64,000 nt of DNA, taken from Bugula neritina (lineage: Eukaryota > Animalia > Bryozoa). Made by a program: the position numbers and the translations under genes. The notes below the pieces were generated by a model that was given only the letters and a program-made list of their open reading frames with translations, did not search any database and had not been told where the DNA came from. The stretch spans positions 8,628,581 through 8,692,580 of the forward strand of contig OZ037767.1 of NCBI GenBank assembly GCA_964035545.1, in the 5' to 3' direction. Shown here one piece after another: positions 37,701-49,200 of the stretch (positions are counted from its first letter, which is position 1; the number at the start of each line of letters is the position of its first letter).

Positions 37701-40700
37701 CCACAACTATTACACTCTACTGACCTGCACATTCTGGAGGTACAATATGGATATTTATTTTGGAAGCCAGACGTGTTGGCAATCCTTCTAGAAAATTCTT
37801 AGATGTGACGCTGTATTGAGCGGCTAGTTGAAGGTATTCTTCATTCAATGCATTCAGTTGGTCAGAATCGGCTATCTGCCGCAGATGTAAACTGGGATGA
37901 GCTAAGTAAGAAGTTTTCTTACTGAAACGTGCAGCAGGACACCCCCTAAAGTAAATGTTAGGAGCTTTGGCTATAATAATTATAAATCATGTGATAAGTA
38001 CATGCATGAGTAAGCAAATAACAGTGTTACTCTAGTTTTTACCATCAGAAAGTTAGAAAGTTGCTTAAACTAACACAATGTTCTATGTAATGTAGACTGT
38101 TATTCAGGAATATTGGAATCCTGCTTGTAGAATATTGAAATTTGATTCATAAACGGTTGCAGTTTCAACTAATGACATAAAAATTAAAAGATACAAATCT
38201 TGGGCCAAAGACCACCTTTAACAAGAGCAGACAAATCCTGCATATACAAAGACTTGACACGATTACCACAGAGTTCAAAGCTCACAAAATTTAAATTCAT
38301 GTAACTTCTTTTACATATTTCTATTTTTTTTATTCAAAAACAGGTCACCGACTTACTTTTAACAATGCTAGAAGCAAAATAAATAGATTGATTTGTATCA
38401 TAAGCATTTGAAACTTGGGGCTGAGAGACCATGGTTATTTTCACGCAATGACAACAATTTTGATAGTGCTTGAAAAATTCTATTAAATTAGGTGGTAGTT
38501 GTGTAAAAACATTTACAGCTGTACAGTCTAGAGTCTAGAAAAAAGCATATCGTTTTGCAATAATGTGGTGTACACAAATTAATTTGCGACCTTCTATAAG
38601 ATTTTTAGTAAAAAACCTTTAAACTTTGATCTGTGAACAGTTTTTAAATATATGCTAGATATCCTAGTAGTGAATATTTTCTACGAATTTTGAAGCCTAA
38701 TACTCTACCTATGCTATATTACAATGTACTTGTGCACTTTGACTAGCTGCAGTGCTATTGCGACACAAGATTTTTATTTTTCTATTGGATGCATTTTTCA
38801 CTTAAAACTAAATATAACGGAAACAACAACAAACTTGTGTAGAGAGAACAGACTAACCGGTGTGGCACTGCCAGGAACATCACTCCTTCAGTGTTGTGTA
38901 GTAACTGTCTATACTTTTCATTCTCTTTTGCCAACACTAAAATCTGCTTGACAAGAAGCCCTCCTAGGGAATGGGCCACCCAGAGTACTTTCCTGCTGGG
39001 GTCACCTGCAACACCAACTCAGTATTTCTGTCAAATAGTTAGAAGTTTTTCATCTCGCTAGGTATTTGTTTTAAAAGGTATCACAAAAAATGCTGCTTAA
39101 TATATTTGTTTACATCCGATCACAATAATAACAAAGGAAAGAATCTGGAAGCAAGCTTTTCCACGTGTGTTTACAATGATTACAGTTGTGAGACCAACTA
39201 TGTTAATCAGTATTACAACCAAAAGACTTCACATCCCCACATTTCTAAAGAGAAAGTTGTTCTGATACTATTCAATTTCCGATGCAATGTCCTGATATTT
39301 CTTACCAACAAACAACTCTTACTTTTGTTTTTGATTTTGTTTTAACCCAGTTCACATAGCAACTGTACGCACATGTTTTAGATTCTGCTCAATACTGTGT
39401 ATAAACACAATGTCCTCTAGCATGACATAACAGGTTCTGTGCAGATGTGAATGAACTCATAGCAATCAGCCAATCAATGACTACTTGCTTAATGACTTAG
39501 CAACAAAAAACTCAATTTTTTAAAACTTAAACCAAATTTTAAAATTTACATATTGTTGCAAAATATATGAGATGTTGCAACAATTAAATATCATGTTTTA
39601 CTGCCAAAACTAGAGCTGTTTATAAAACATTACCCACCAGCAGGAATAAGCTCGTATATACTCACCAACTCTACAACTACACAGTGCATCAGCTAACTCC
39701 ACAGCTTGATCATGAATGTTGAGCTGCTGGTTTGTAGCCCGAGATCTCCAGGAGAAAGCACTAGATGTAAAGTCTACGGCTAAAACCCGCATCGCACTAT
39801 CAAACTGCTCACCTAACCAGTCTAGCGGCCAGCACCAACTATAATTTATGTGATCTACATAAAACACATGACACAAAGATTTGCAAACTTTATATTGTGA
39901 CGGGGCTTTAAACTTCAGCATTAGTTTCTTTTAACTAACTAGTAACACTTGAAAAGAAATGTCACACGGTAAATCTCCGTACCTTTAGCTGTATCACTCT
40001 GTCTCCATGTGTGAAAAGCAGACCCATTTATGCCATGTACAAATATAACGTCTAGCTGCCTGTCACCAACTTCTTCATGCAACGGGTGTAGCAGATACAC
40101 CCCGTTTGAATACTGAGATTCTTTAGAGAGATTGGCTAATGCTGTAGAAGCTAAAAAGTATTTACATTATAATTTCACTACATTTTTTATAGTTGTTCAG
40201 CCAGTACAGCCTTTATCCTTGTATAATATAAAGTATACTTAGATGCGTTCCTAAACATGTAATGGAATACATCATAAAAATTATGTTTTGAATAGTTTGT
40301 GATGAAACATAGTCTGTAAAATTGAGAAATAGTCTGTTAAGCTAGCACTCTGACGTAAGTATTAAAGCATATTAATGTTTAATGGGCACTAATCAGGCAA
40401 TAGACTAATAAATGGAATATAAGATTATATTATAGTACTGGAAGTTTTCAATTCCTAAAATTCCTTATTATATGTGGAATATAAGTTTGAAATTAAAGTA
40501 TGGTGTCAGCAGGCACATATTATACAAAAACTCAGAAAACTTTATAGTAATTAATTCTGTGAGAAATCTCTGATGAGAAAAGTTTTTTGAGGCAGACTAA
40601 GAACTTATTCAGATGAGGCACTGGAGAAATTAGGACTGGATGCTATTTCTAATGCCATCAATGACCTTTACTAGGGGTCGAACCCATGACTTCGTGCTTA

Positions 40701-43180
40701 CTAAGTGACCACGACAGGCACATATACAGAGATGTGTAAATACACTACACCAAACATTAATTCAACAAACCTATAACTTTAAGTCGAGTGTTGGAAGACG
40801 CTGCCCAACCAACAAGAAGATGCAAAAAGCCACCACCAACCAATAGCTGGTGATTTACTTCATCCAAGGTAAGATTTCGAACAACATTAGCTAACTTGGC
40901 CATTATTATGTCATCAGAACTAAATTTGAACCATATCTCTGAGAGGAGTTGTAAACCCTTGTAGGTGTAGATAAACTCTTGTCTTTGTTGAGGGATCCTA
41001 AAATATAACAACTTTAATGCAGTTACAGAAATAAAACCATAAAATAATTAATTCAGCCGCAGCTTATAAAATAGAAATATAAACACTATGACGAGCACAA
41101 AATTGAAAAATTGCAATTAAAATACACATAATCATAGGCTAATCACATGACACACTATGAAGTATCCATACTTACCTCGTTAAGTGTGTTATCACGTCAA
41201 GAGTAGAGGATGTGAGACTGGCTAATGTTTGAGGTGGGGGAGACAAATCTACTCTACGAGGAGAGGCATCATCTGCACTGAGCACCATTTCTACCTCCTC
41301 GTCGGGAAACTCTGACTACAGAAGAGGATACCTCAACTACAGTGTGATATGCTATAACTACAGTGTGATATACTATGACTACAGTGTGATGTACTATGAC
41401 TACAGTGTGATATACTATAACTACAGTGTGATATACTTAGAGTACTGAATAGTTTCTTGTCTAATATAACATTAAACAGCCAAGTTACCAGAATAGGGGG
41501 TGTTTTCCCAAGAAGAATGTTAGCATGAGATCTTGTACAGTTGTCAATATTATCGGGTAATGCCATGAGAAACTTATATGACTGAGAGGAGAGGTCTGTA
41601 GAGTTGTAGCTACATCTTTTGGGAGGTAGAAAAAGCCTGATATCTATACCTAACACGAATACAGAACATACAGAACACAGGCTTAGATACTGTGTTACCG
41701 TGGTAACATTCAGCAGTACTAGCTGAAACAAGAATAGTTTTAAGTACTGTGTGTATGCCGAATAGTTCCACTAACTGAGAGAAGAAAAATTGAAATGCTG
41801 CATATATAATAATCAAAAATAAGCATGCAGATATATGCTGCAAATATCTAACAGGTAGTAGACCTGAAACTATACTAACCTTGTCTCTTAGCCAAGTTTA
41901 TGAGAGTCTTATGATCACAGGCTAAAGCAGTTCTGTACAGAACACTATCAGACACACTGTGTGTTTTTGATAAGATCTCCAAAGCTAAGGGTCTGGCAAT
42001 ATGCCGAGAGGCGTTAGCTATTAGGGCCCAATACTATGGAAGAATGTATAATACTTTGTATAAAACATTACAAGTTGACAATGGTAACGGCTATCAACTC
42101 TCGACAAGAAAGATAAGGTGGTATTAGTTGTAGAGCTTAGAGATAAAAACTACATAAAATGTACTATTTTAAAAATTGCCATACTATAAATAACTACTCC
42201 CCAGCATTCTTTAAATGTTGCATAAATAACTTTGTCAAATTTAATTAATAACCAAGAATTGAAATTGTGTAAATGCAATAAAAGTGCAAACTGTGTCTAA
42301 TAGCTTCTATTTTATAGCTGTCAATTTTCTCAAACCTTATCATAAAATAAATCTCATTAAATCTCCAACAAAAAAGAAAACTTGAAAACAGAATCTGAAA
42401 GTGGAGGCAATTCTAGAATGACACCTGAAACATTTCACAGCCACATTAAGTTACCTTTGGTCCTTGTTGGAAGCAAAAGTCTTTCCACCATCTTCTTTCA
42501 ATATAGTTGGAACTAGAAGAAAGACAATCTTGTCTGCCGAGTGAGTAGATGGGAGAATGCTCTAAATACTAAAAATAGATTGAGACATAAACTATTATTG
42601 CATTTAATAATGTAAAATAAAAACATATTTTAGTGAAATTTGCATGTTCAATTTAAACTAATCATTGTAGCAGTTTTAGTTTGCTAAGAACCCGTAATCT
42701 TATGTAGAGGCACAAAAATATTACTGTTGTAGTTATAAGCAGTTTTAGTATTTATTTATAACACATAATTAAACAACATTAAATATGTAATTAAAAACAA
42801 ATATAATGTTAAAATAGTATCAGTATACCATCATTACAGCAAAATTGTTTCGTAACTGTTTGAAGCTAAAATTAGAAGAGCGGTGCAAGCATTTTGACAT
42901 AGAGTAAACTATAAATGTTGATGGGTAATAATCTGTATTGTAATTTCCACTGATGTTAGTATAGATTGGTGAAAGTACATGGTAATAAAATGCATCTTAC
43001 CCATACCTCATCATTTCCAAGTTTCAGCCGTTCCACGTTGATTGTATTAAGATTAAGATTGCTTAAGGTAATTTGCGCAATGTGATAACTGGCAAACAAT
43101 GCACTAGAAGCCGAAAAAACTCCTAAAGCACATATCTTGTCTTTGAGATTTTTCATTGGATTTGGACCTCTAACAATCAT
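28723..43180 (-). CDS. SERAC1: SERAC1 (serine active site-containing 1; phosphatidylglycerol-remodelling alpha/beta hydrolase), ~633 aa
   Basis: Exons 43180-43001, 42568-42455, 42033-41880, 41649-41489, 41315-41176, 40997-40771, 40150-39983, 39854-39666, 39005-38858, 37945-37725, 28922-28723 (1902 nt, in frame). Motifs ACDHKTLINLAK, DIRLFLPP, GVYLLHP, DVIFVHGINGSAFHTWRQ, CWPLDWL, VAHSLGGLLVK, FLAVPHRG, DNHITICKP. Start codon and first donor are uncertain. Confidence 0.9.
29541..29549 (+). promoter_or_regulatory. TATA box of the nested gene
   Basis: TTATAAATA upstream of a putative non-coding exon ending at 29685 (donor G|GTAAAG), with an acceptor at 29790. Confidence 0.45.
29808..33771 (+). 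CDS. Uncharacterised multi-pass (4-5 TM) membrane protein, ~361 aa, nested antisense in the last SERAC1 intron
   Basis: Exons 29808-29925 (donor CAG|GTGAG, phase 1) and 32804-33771. 968-nt open exon; polar/acidic N-terminus followed by five hydrophobic segments; ILEDG motif. Confidence 0.8.
35564..36303. mobile_element. MITE, 740 bp, CAC...GTG termini with 3-bp TSD (CMC superfamily-like)
   Basis: 24-bp TIR cac(g/c)ggctttccatgtaccgatct with 1 mismatch; ATT on both flanks; subterminal agatcgatct and tttccatg repeats. Confidence 0.85.
36351..36436. mobile_element. Small palindromic MITE-like element
   Basis: agtgcagtagt...actactgcact inverted ends enclosing aaccctaaaccctaac. Confidence 0.45.
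40540..40718 (-). mobile_element. tRNA-headed SINE family 2, degenerate copy (SERAC1 intron)
   Basis: Aligns to the copies at 48547 and 52524, with a deletion in the tRNA head. Confidence 0.75.
41316..41437. repeat. 21-bp minisatellite forming an array of AG acceptors before SERAC1 exon 41315
   Basis: Unit actacagtgtgatatactat(a/g) x5 plus one degenerate unit that is the real acceptor. Confidence 0.85.
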
Positions 43181-43664
43181 ACAATGTTAATATGCTTTTC
43201 TTGAAGTTCAAGCAGCTCATGTATTGGTAACTTCAACTTTTCCCAAAACTTGTATTCTAAAATATTACAGAGAATTTAGCCAAATACATGATGATAAATA
43301 ATAATTCCATTGATGAGAAGTTTTCATTAAAAACTATGAATTTTTAAAACAAAGTCTGCCAATGTCCCCGACAATTTCAATTCGCTACATTTTAGCTAAT
43401 TATAAAAGTAAGACTAGCAATTTTCCTAGTGGAACGAAAAATTGTTTCTCACATTAGCATCACTATCTGTCTGCTAGAAACTTTAAAAGTAAACATTATG
43501 ATTATTATTTTGACTATGATTAATGTCATCATTATCACATTCAGCATCATTATGGTTTTTACTGAAAAATAATGCTTGATAACTCATTAGTCTTTTAAAT
43601 ACTAATAAACTCTTACTAATAGTAATACTATTACAATTAAAAAAACTCACGCAATCCACTGGCA

Positions 43665-43730
43665 TTAGTAATACTAATACTAATACTAATACTGTAATAG
43701 TAATACTAATACTAATACTAATAGTAATAG
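43665..43730. repeat. (aatact)n microsatellite
   Basis: About 10 hexamers. Confidence 0.8.
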
Positions 43731-43899
43731 ATTAAATTTAATGATTATGTTTAACTGGTAATTCAGATAAAAAATGTCAACAGAAAAACTAGCGTTGAAT
43801 GATAAAAATTACATTAATCGTTATTAATGCTTATTTATCTGATTTGAAATAGTTATACCTTATAACTATAAGAGCTTTAACGGTAATTTAGTTAAAGCA

Positions 43900-44260
43900 A
43901 TGACGACAGCTGGCTGACAAACTGTTAGTTGACATTTTCATGTTATGGCAAAGTTTTGCAAACTACTTCACAAAAAAATTAAATGTAATTTAGTTACCTA
44001 CAATAGGTAGTAGCATCTTCAGACTACTACATAGAGTGTAGTAATATTTCGTTTTAAAAACAGAGTTGTCTGCTACATATGCAAGGATGACTATATGCAG
44101 ATGCAATGGAACCGTTGTCCGATAACGACATATGGAAACATCGTGTTATCAACTGGGGATTGCCGGCTCCAAATTAGCGGCCATGTGGTACAAAAATTTG
44201 ATTTGGATTTTCCGACTGAGTTTTCGATAGAATTACCCTCAAAACCCGCTGGATAAATGA
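43900..44260. promoter_or_regulatory. Probable bidirectional promoter between SERAC1 (-) and EHD (+)
   Basis: Head-to-head genes; CpG-enriched patch with a YY1-like GCGGCCAT near 44178 and an X-box-like GTTGTCCGATAAC near 44114. Confidence 0.4.
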
Positions 44261-46256
44261 TCCCATGAAGAATTTTGTTTGCAGACTACAACTTGGTCTA
44301 TACAGAATTCACGCATTAAATTCAAAGTTTGCATCAGCAAAAGGATTCCGTTCAGTGTAACTCGAATGTTTTGTTGATTTTAACTTTTTTTTGAAGTATA
44401 AATGTCTCTATGTTTACAAGTATAATTATCTTTATAAGTATAACTATGAGTTATTCATAAAATTATAACTAATACTATACACATGAGGTTAGTTATACTA
44501 TAGTAGAAATAAATATAATAAATAATTTTCAGTTTTGCTTTCACTTTGACTTTCACTGTGACTATTCAATTTTTGCATTCACATTAATTATAGCTCATAA
44601 ATATAAATTAAATATCTTGTTTTTACTTTAATTTTTAAAATTACAAGGTAGAATTAGTTTAAAGAGTTAATTTTCATGTTAATCATAATTATAATAAATA
44701 TGATAATCATAATCATAATGATATTGATAATGATATCAAATTCAATACATAATGATAATAAATGATCATAATGATAATATCAATATAATAATAATGCAGA
44801 ATAATAATAATATAAATAATAATACAGGAAACGATGTGTTACTGTTAATAAATTAAAATATGATATTAAATTTGATTATGAAATTGAAATGTGTTTGGAG
44901 TGATGATGGCTGTCATGACAATTATTATTATTATTATCATTTTGGTTCTGTGATGATGAGATTCAAACGGCACCAAACTCACAGTGAATATGATATATTA
45001 TTATTACCAAAATGTCATAATTGTCACCACTTAATTTTGATGTTATTATTACTTTTGTAGACTTACTTTAATGACCGTAAATCTGTTACTAAAACTGGTT
45101 TTGATAGTGTGTTGTAGTTACTTAAATGTAATAGTATGCTAAACTCAATTCAGTACTACTTATACTTGTAGCAATGATTCAGATTGTAAAGTAATAATAA
45201 ATATACTTATACTTATAGTTGGAGTTGATGTTATACATATGTTTATAGTTATACTTACAAAACAGGTTATAGTTAAACTCAAGTATAATCATAGAAATAA
45301 TAATTTATACTAGTATTTAATGCTCTAATTGAGATTTTTCATATTCATAATGTTTTTGTATTACTTATTCTTTGAGTTTCAATTAATCTTCTGCTCAACC
45401 TGATTATAACAGCTGTGATGATCTTGATGATCACCTGTTGAAGTCTATTATAATCATCACGTTGCAGTTTAAACTAAATGTGAGACTCATGTTGAATAAG
45501 AATAAAATTATTCATTATGAATTATTGAATAAGCATTATTTTTATTGTTTGATTTGATATTGTTATTCATTAACTCAATCTGAAACCATATGAAACTGTA
45601 TACTGATAATTGCCATCTATTTTATGACCAAAAGCTTTTTGTAACAAAGAAAGTATTTTAGTATGCTTCTTGTGGTAAATTTTACTGAAAATCATTCTAT
45701 TTGATTAAATTTTACATAGATGCTTTCTAAATATTTAGTCTTAAAGCATAAAGTTTTATTTACTGTAATATTTTAGTTTGTCGTGTGAGGGTTATGCTAA
45801 ACCTGTAGAATAACTCAAACACAGGCTCAAAGTGTTCGTGAAATCTTCAACTTCAAAGAGACTGATTGCGTATGCAGAGAGTGAAACATACTCCAAACAA
45901 AGGGAATCTCCAAAGGGAGTCATGAAAATGTTAATAATTCACGTTGGTAAACTTTAGTTGATACTTTGAAGTAACATATTCTGAGTTATGATAATTAATG
46001 CAATGTGCTAACCTGTGTGTATCATAATAGTTATCACTCCAGTGTTCACTTTAAGTACGGGGGGGGGGGGGGTGTCTGGTTGCAGTATAGTTGCAAAAAA
46101 TGAACTGGTGATCTTATTCAAGCTTAGAGGCTAATTTCAACTATCGTAACTCTAATTTTATGATTTTTACATAGAGTACAAACACCTAAGTTATTGTATG
46201 CCTATAAATACTACCCATGGTAAAGATTTGTATTTTGTTAAATTATATTTTAATAG

Positions 46257-49200
46257 AATGCCTGCAGGCCTCGCATATTGGGTAAAACTAGTTGGTGGAC
46301 TTGCCAGACGCGGTGTATTTCTTCGTGGATTTCTGGTCTTTTTAAAGTAAGTATTTTTTACATGAAAGCAAATTTCTTTTTTTATTTAACTAGTTTAATA
46401 TCAAGTTTTCATTTTCAATGATTCAATTTTTTTTTAAAAATATAGAAAAGATTATTACGTGTTTTTTATATTTATCTTATTTATTTGTATAACTCAGCAA
46501 GACGAGACAAGATCCTTCAACTCAGTCCGGGATGGGCTGAAATCTATGTACAGTCAGTGCCTGGAGCCACTGGAAACTACTTATTTATTTCACGATTTCC
46601 ATTCACCAAAACTTCGGTCTGCGGATTTTGATTACAAGCCATCAGTAATGCTAATTGGTCAATATTCCACTGGAAAGGTAGTTTCTGTTCATTGTTGTTG
46701 GTGTACATGTGTTTGTTGGTGTATATGTGTTTGTTGGTGTACTTGTGTTTGTTGGTGTACTTGTGTTTGTAGTTGGTGTACATGTGTTTGTTGTTGGTGT
46801 ACATGTGTTTGTTGGTGTACATGTGTTTGACGGTGTATATGTGTTTGTTTATCCCAAGTATAATTTTTTGTTACATATTGCTGGTTTGGCTCACAAACTT
46901 CTAGTATTTTATTATTTATTACATAATTTCTATTTTTCTGGCATATTTCACTCACACTATCATTCTTTTTACAGTTTTTTATATCAATTTTAAATGAAAC
47001 AGATTTAAGAATAATTGAAATTATATATTTATTGTTTTTATTAAGAATTGATCGGTGTTAGGTCTATTCCTTGCTGTATATATAATATTCTACTTCTATA
47101 TAATATACATGTATGAACATTCTAATTTGCACATTCTTGCAGACTACATTTCTGCAACACATAGTTGGTAAAGACTACCCTGGCATGCGTATTGGCCCAG
47201 AGCCCACCACTGACAAGTTCATTGTTATAATGAATGGCAAGGAAGAAAGCATTGTACCAGGTCATACAAATTTCTCTAATCTTTCAAGTTTTTCCAGCTG
47301 TCTGGTTATTTTAATTCACATTGGTAGTCTTTTTTCTCTCATAGTAATATTATATTACATGTTTCCTGTAACTTAAATATGATATACACATGTAAAGATA
47401 ACTCCAAATTTTCGCTTCACAACGCCTGTTTTGCTTTTAAACTTGCATATTTGCGGATTATTGTTTTTATTCAAGATGAGAGCTGTGTTTATTGCTTCTT
47501 GCATTTTAAATTCATTGGAAACAGCTTTTTCGTGCATTAATTTTCCTATTTTGTAAACTATGTGCATTTTAGTATATAAATGTATGCATATATGAGTATA
47601 TGAATGTATGCATATGAGTATATGAATATATGCATATATGAGTATATTAATGTGAGATGATGGAATGCAGGTAACGCCCTCGTCGTTGATGCCAACATGC
47701 CATACGCTCCTCTGTCTAAGTTTGGCAACAAGTTCCTCAACAGATTCCAGGCCTCAGTGACCTCCACACCGGTACTGGAGAACCTCACTCTAATAGACAC
47801 ACCCGGTATTCTGTCGGGAGAGAAACAGTTGATAGACCGGGGCTATGACTTCATACAGGTGTGATGTCACACTAAAGTTGGATGTAGATCTGGTAGTTTA
47901 TGATAAGTTCTTCCTCTAACATAATTAGCATGTGTTTACATAAGACTCGTATGTTCTACAAGGTGGTATAAGACACTCTAAGCTATGCGACAGTTAGGTA
48001 TTTGCTTCTGCACACTAGTGGCTATCAGATTCTACTAAAATGATAAGCAAGGATGCTTTGGAATTATCTTGCCTCTGGAATTAAATTATTCTATGTATCT
48101 GTGGTCATTTAGTCATAAAAGGGAGGTAATTCTTTAAAACTAATTTTCTAATCAATCACAAGCACCTTTTTGCTTCCTATTATGTCAAGAGAATAATGTT
48201 GAGTAGCTGTCTGTGAATTAAACTCTCAGTCATGTAATGGGAAAAACCAGACTGCATGATCTTCAAATTACTCACCTGAAAATGTTCATAAAAACTGCTC
48301 TTCAGTTACTTTTCTAATAGCCAATATTTGTATACAAGAGGAACACCTATGTAATCAAAGATGTCCCTAGTGAATATATCATTGAGTTATAGCCAAGAGC
48401 TACCTAAACATTGAGCGTGTTTCACTGAGAGGGGGAGGGGGTGTCTTGCTAACTAGAAGTTACCACATTTCATATGTAAACTAATTTATTTATATGTTAT
48501 GCCCTACAGTAATTATTTGCTCATGCTCTCTATATAATGTCATATAAACTCACACGCGTTTATAGTTGTCATCCCTGTGAGAACCCATGATGGAAGGGGT
48601 TTTGTTAAAGCAGGCTAAGGACTTATTCAGATGATGCACAGGCCACAGGAGCAATTATGACTGGATGCTCTTCCTAACATCACCAATGGCCTTTACTGGG
48701 GTTCAAACCCATGACTTTCGGTTTACTAAGTCATTGGTCTAACCCCTAGACCACGACTGCTCCTTCTATGTAATGTCATATAGTGATAGTAACATGCTAA
48801 CAGCTAGTCTATTCAACTGCTCTAACAGGTTGTACAGTGGTTTGCCGAGAGAGTAGATCGTGTAATACTGCTGTTTGATGCCCACAAGTTGGATGTGAGT
48901 GACGAGTTCAAGAGGACCATCGAGGTGCTCAACATGTACGAAGACAAGTTGAGGATTGTGCTGAACAAAGCTGACCGAGTGAGTCCGCAGCAGCTGATGA
49001 GAGTGTATGGAGCTCTCATGTGGTCATTGGGTACGGTGCATTAGTTTCCTTGCTGTATACTAGCTACAGCGTAGTAGTATCTCATGTTATACGGCTTACT
49101 GAGTCATGTCTGTTCTTCCCTCACATAATCTCTAAAGTCTGGTATTGGCACTACTAGTATTAAGTTGCGTTTATACCTCTACTGAAAAAAGTTCGGAGTT

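Noticed and set aside
46577-46993. Repetitive ORFs (HQQT, CWCTCV, VFVGVH repeats); also ORFs 8367-8597, 829-1062 and 878-1075
   Set aside because: Translations of intronic, intergenic or UTR minisatellites.
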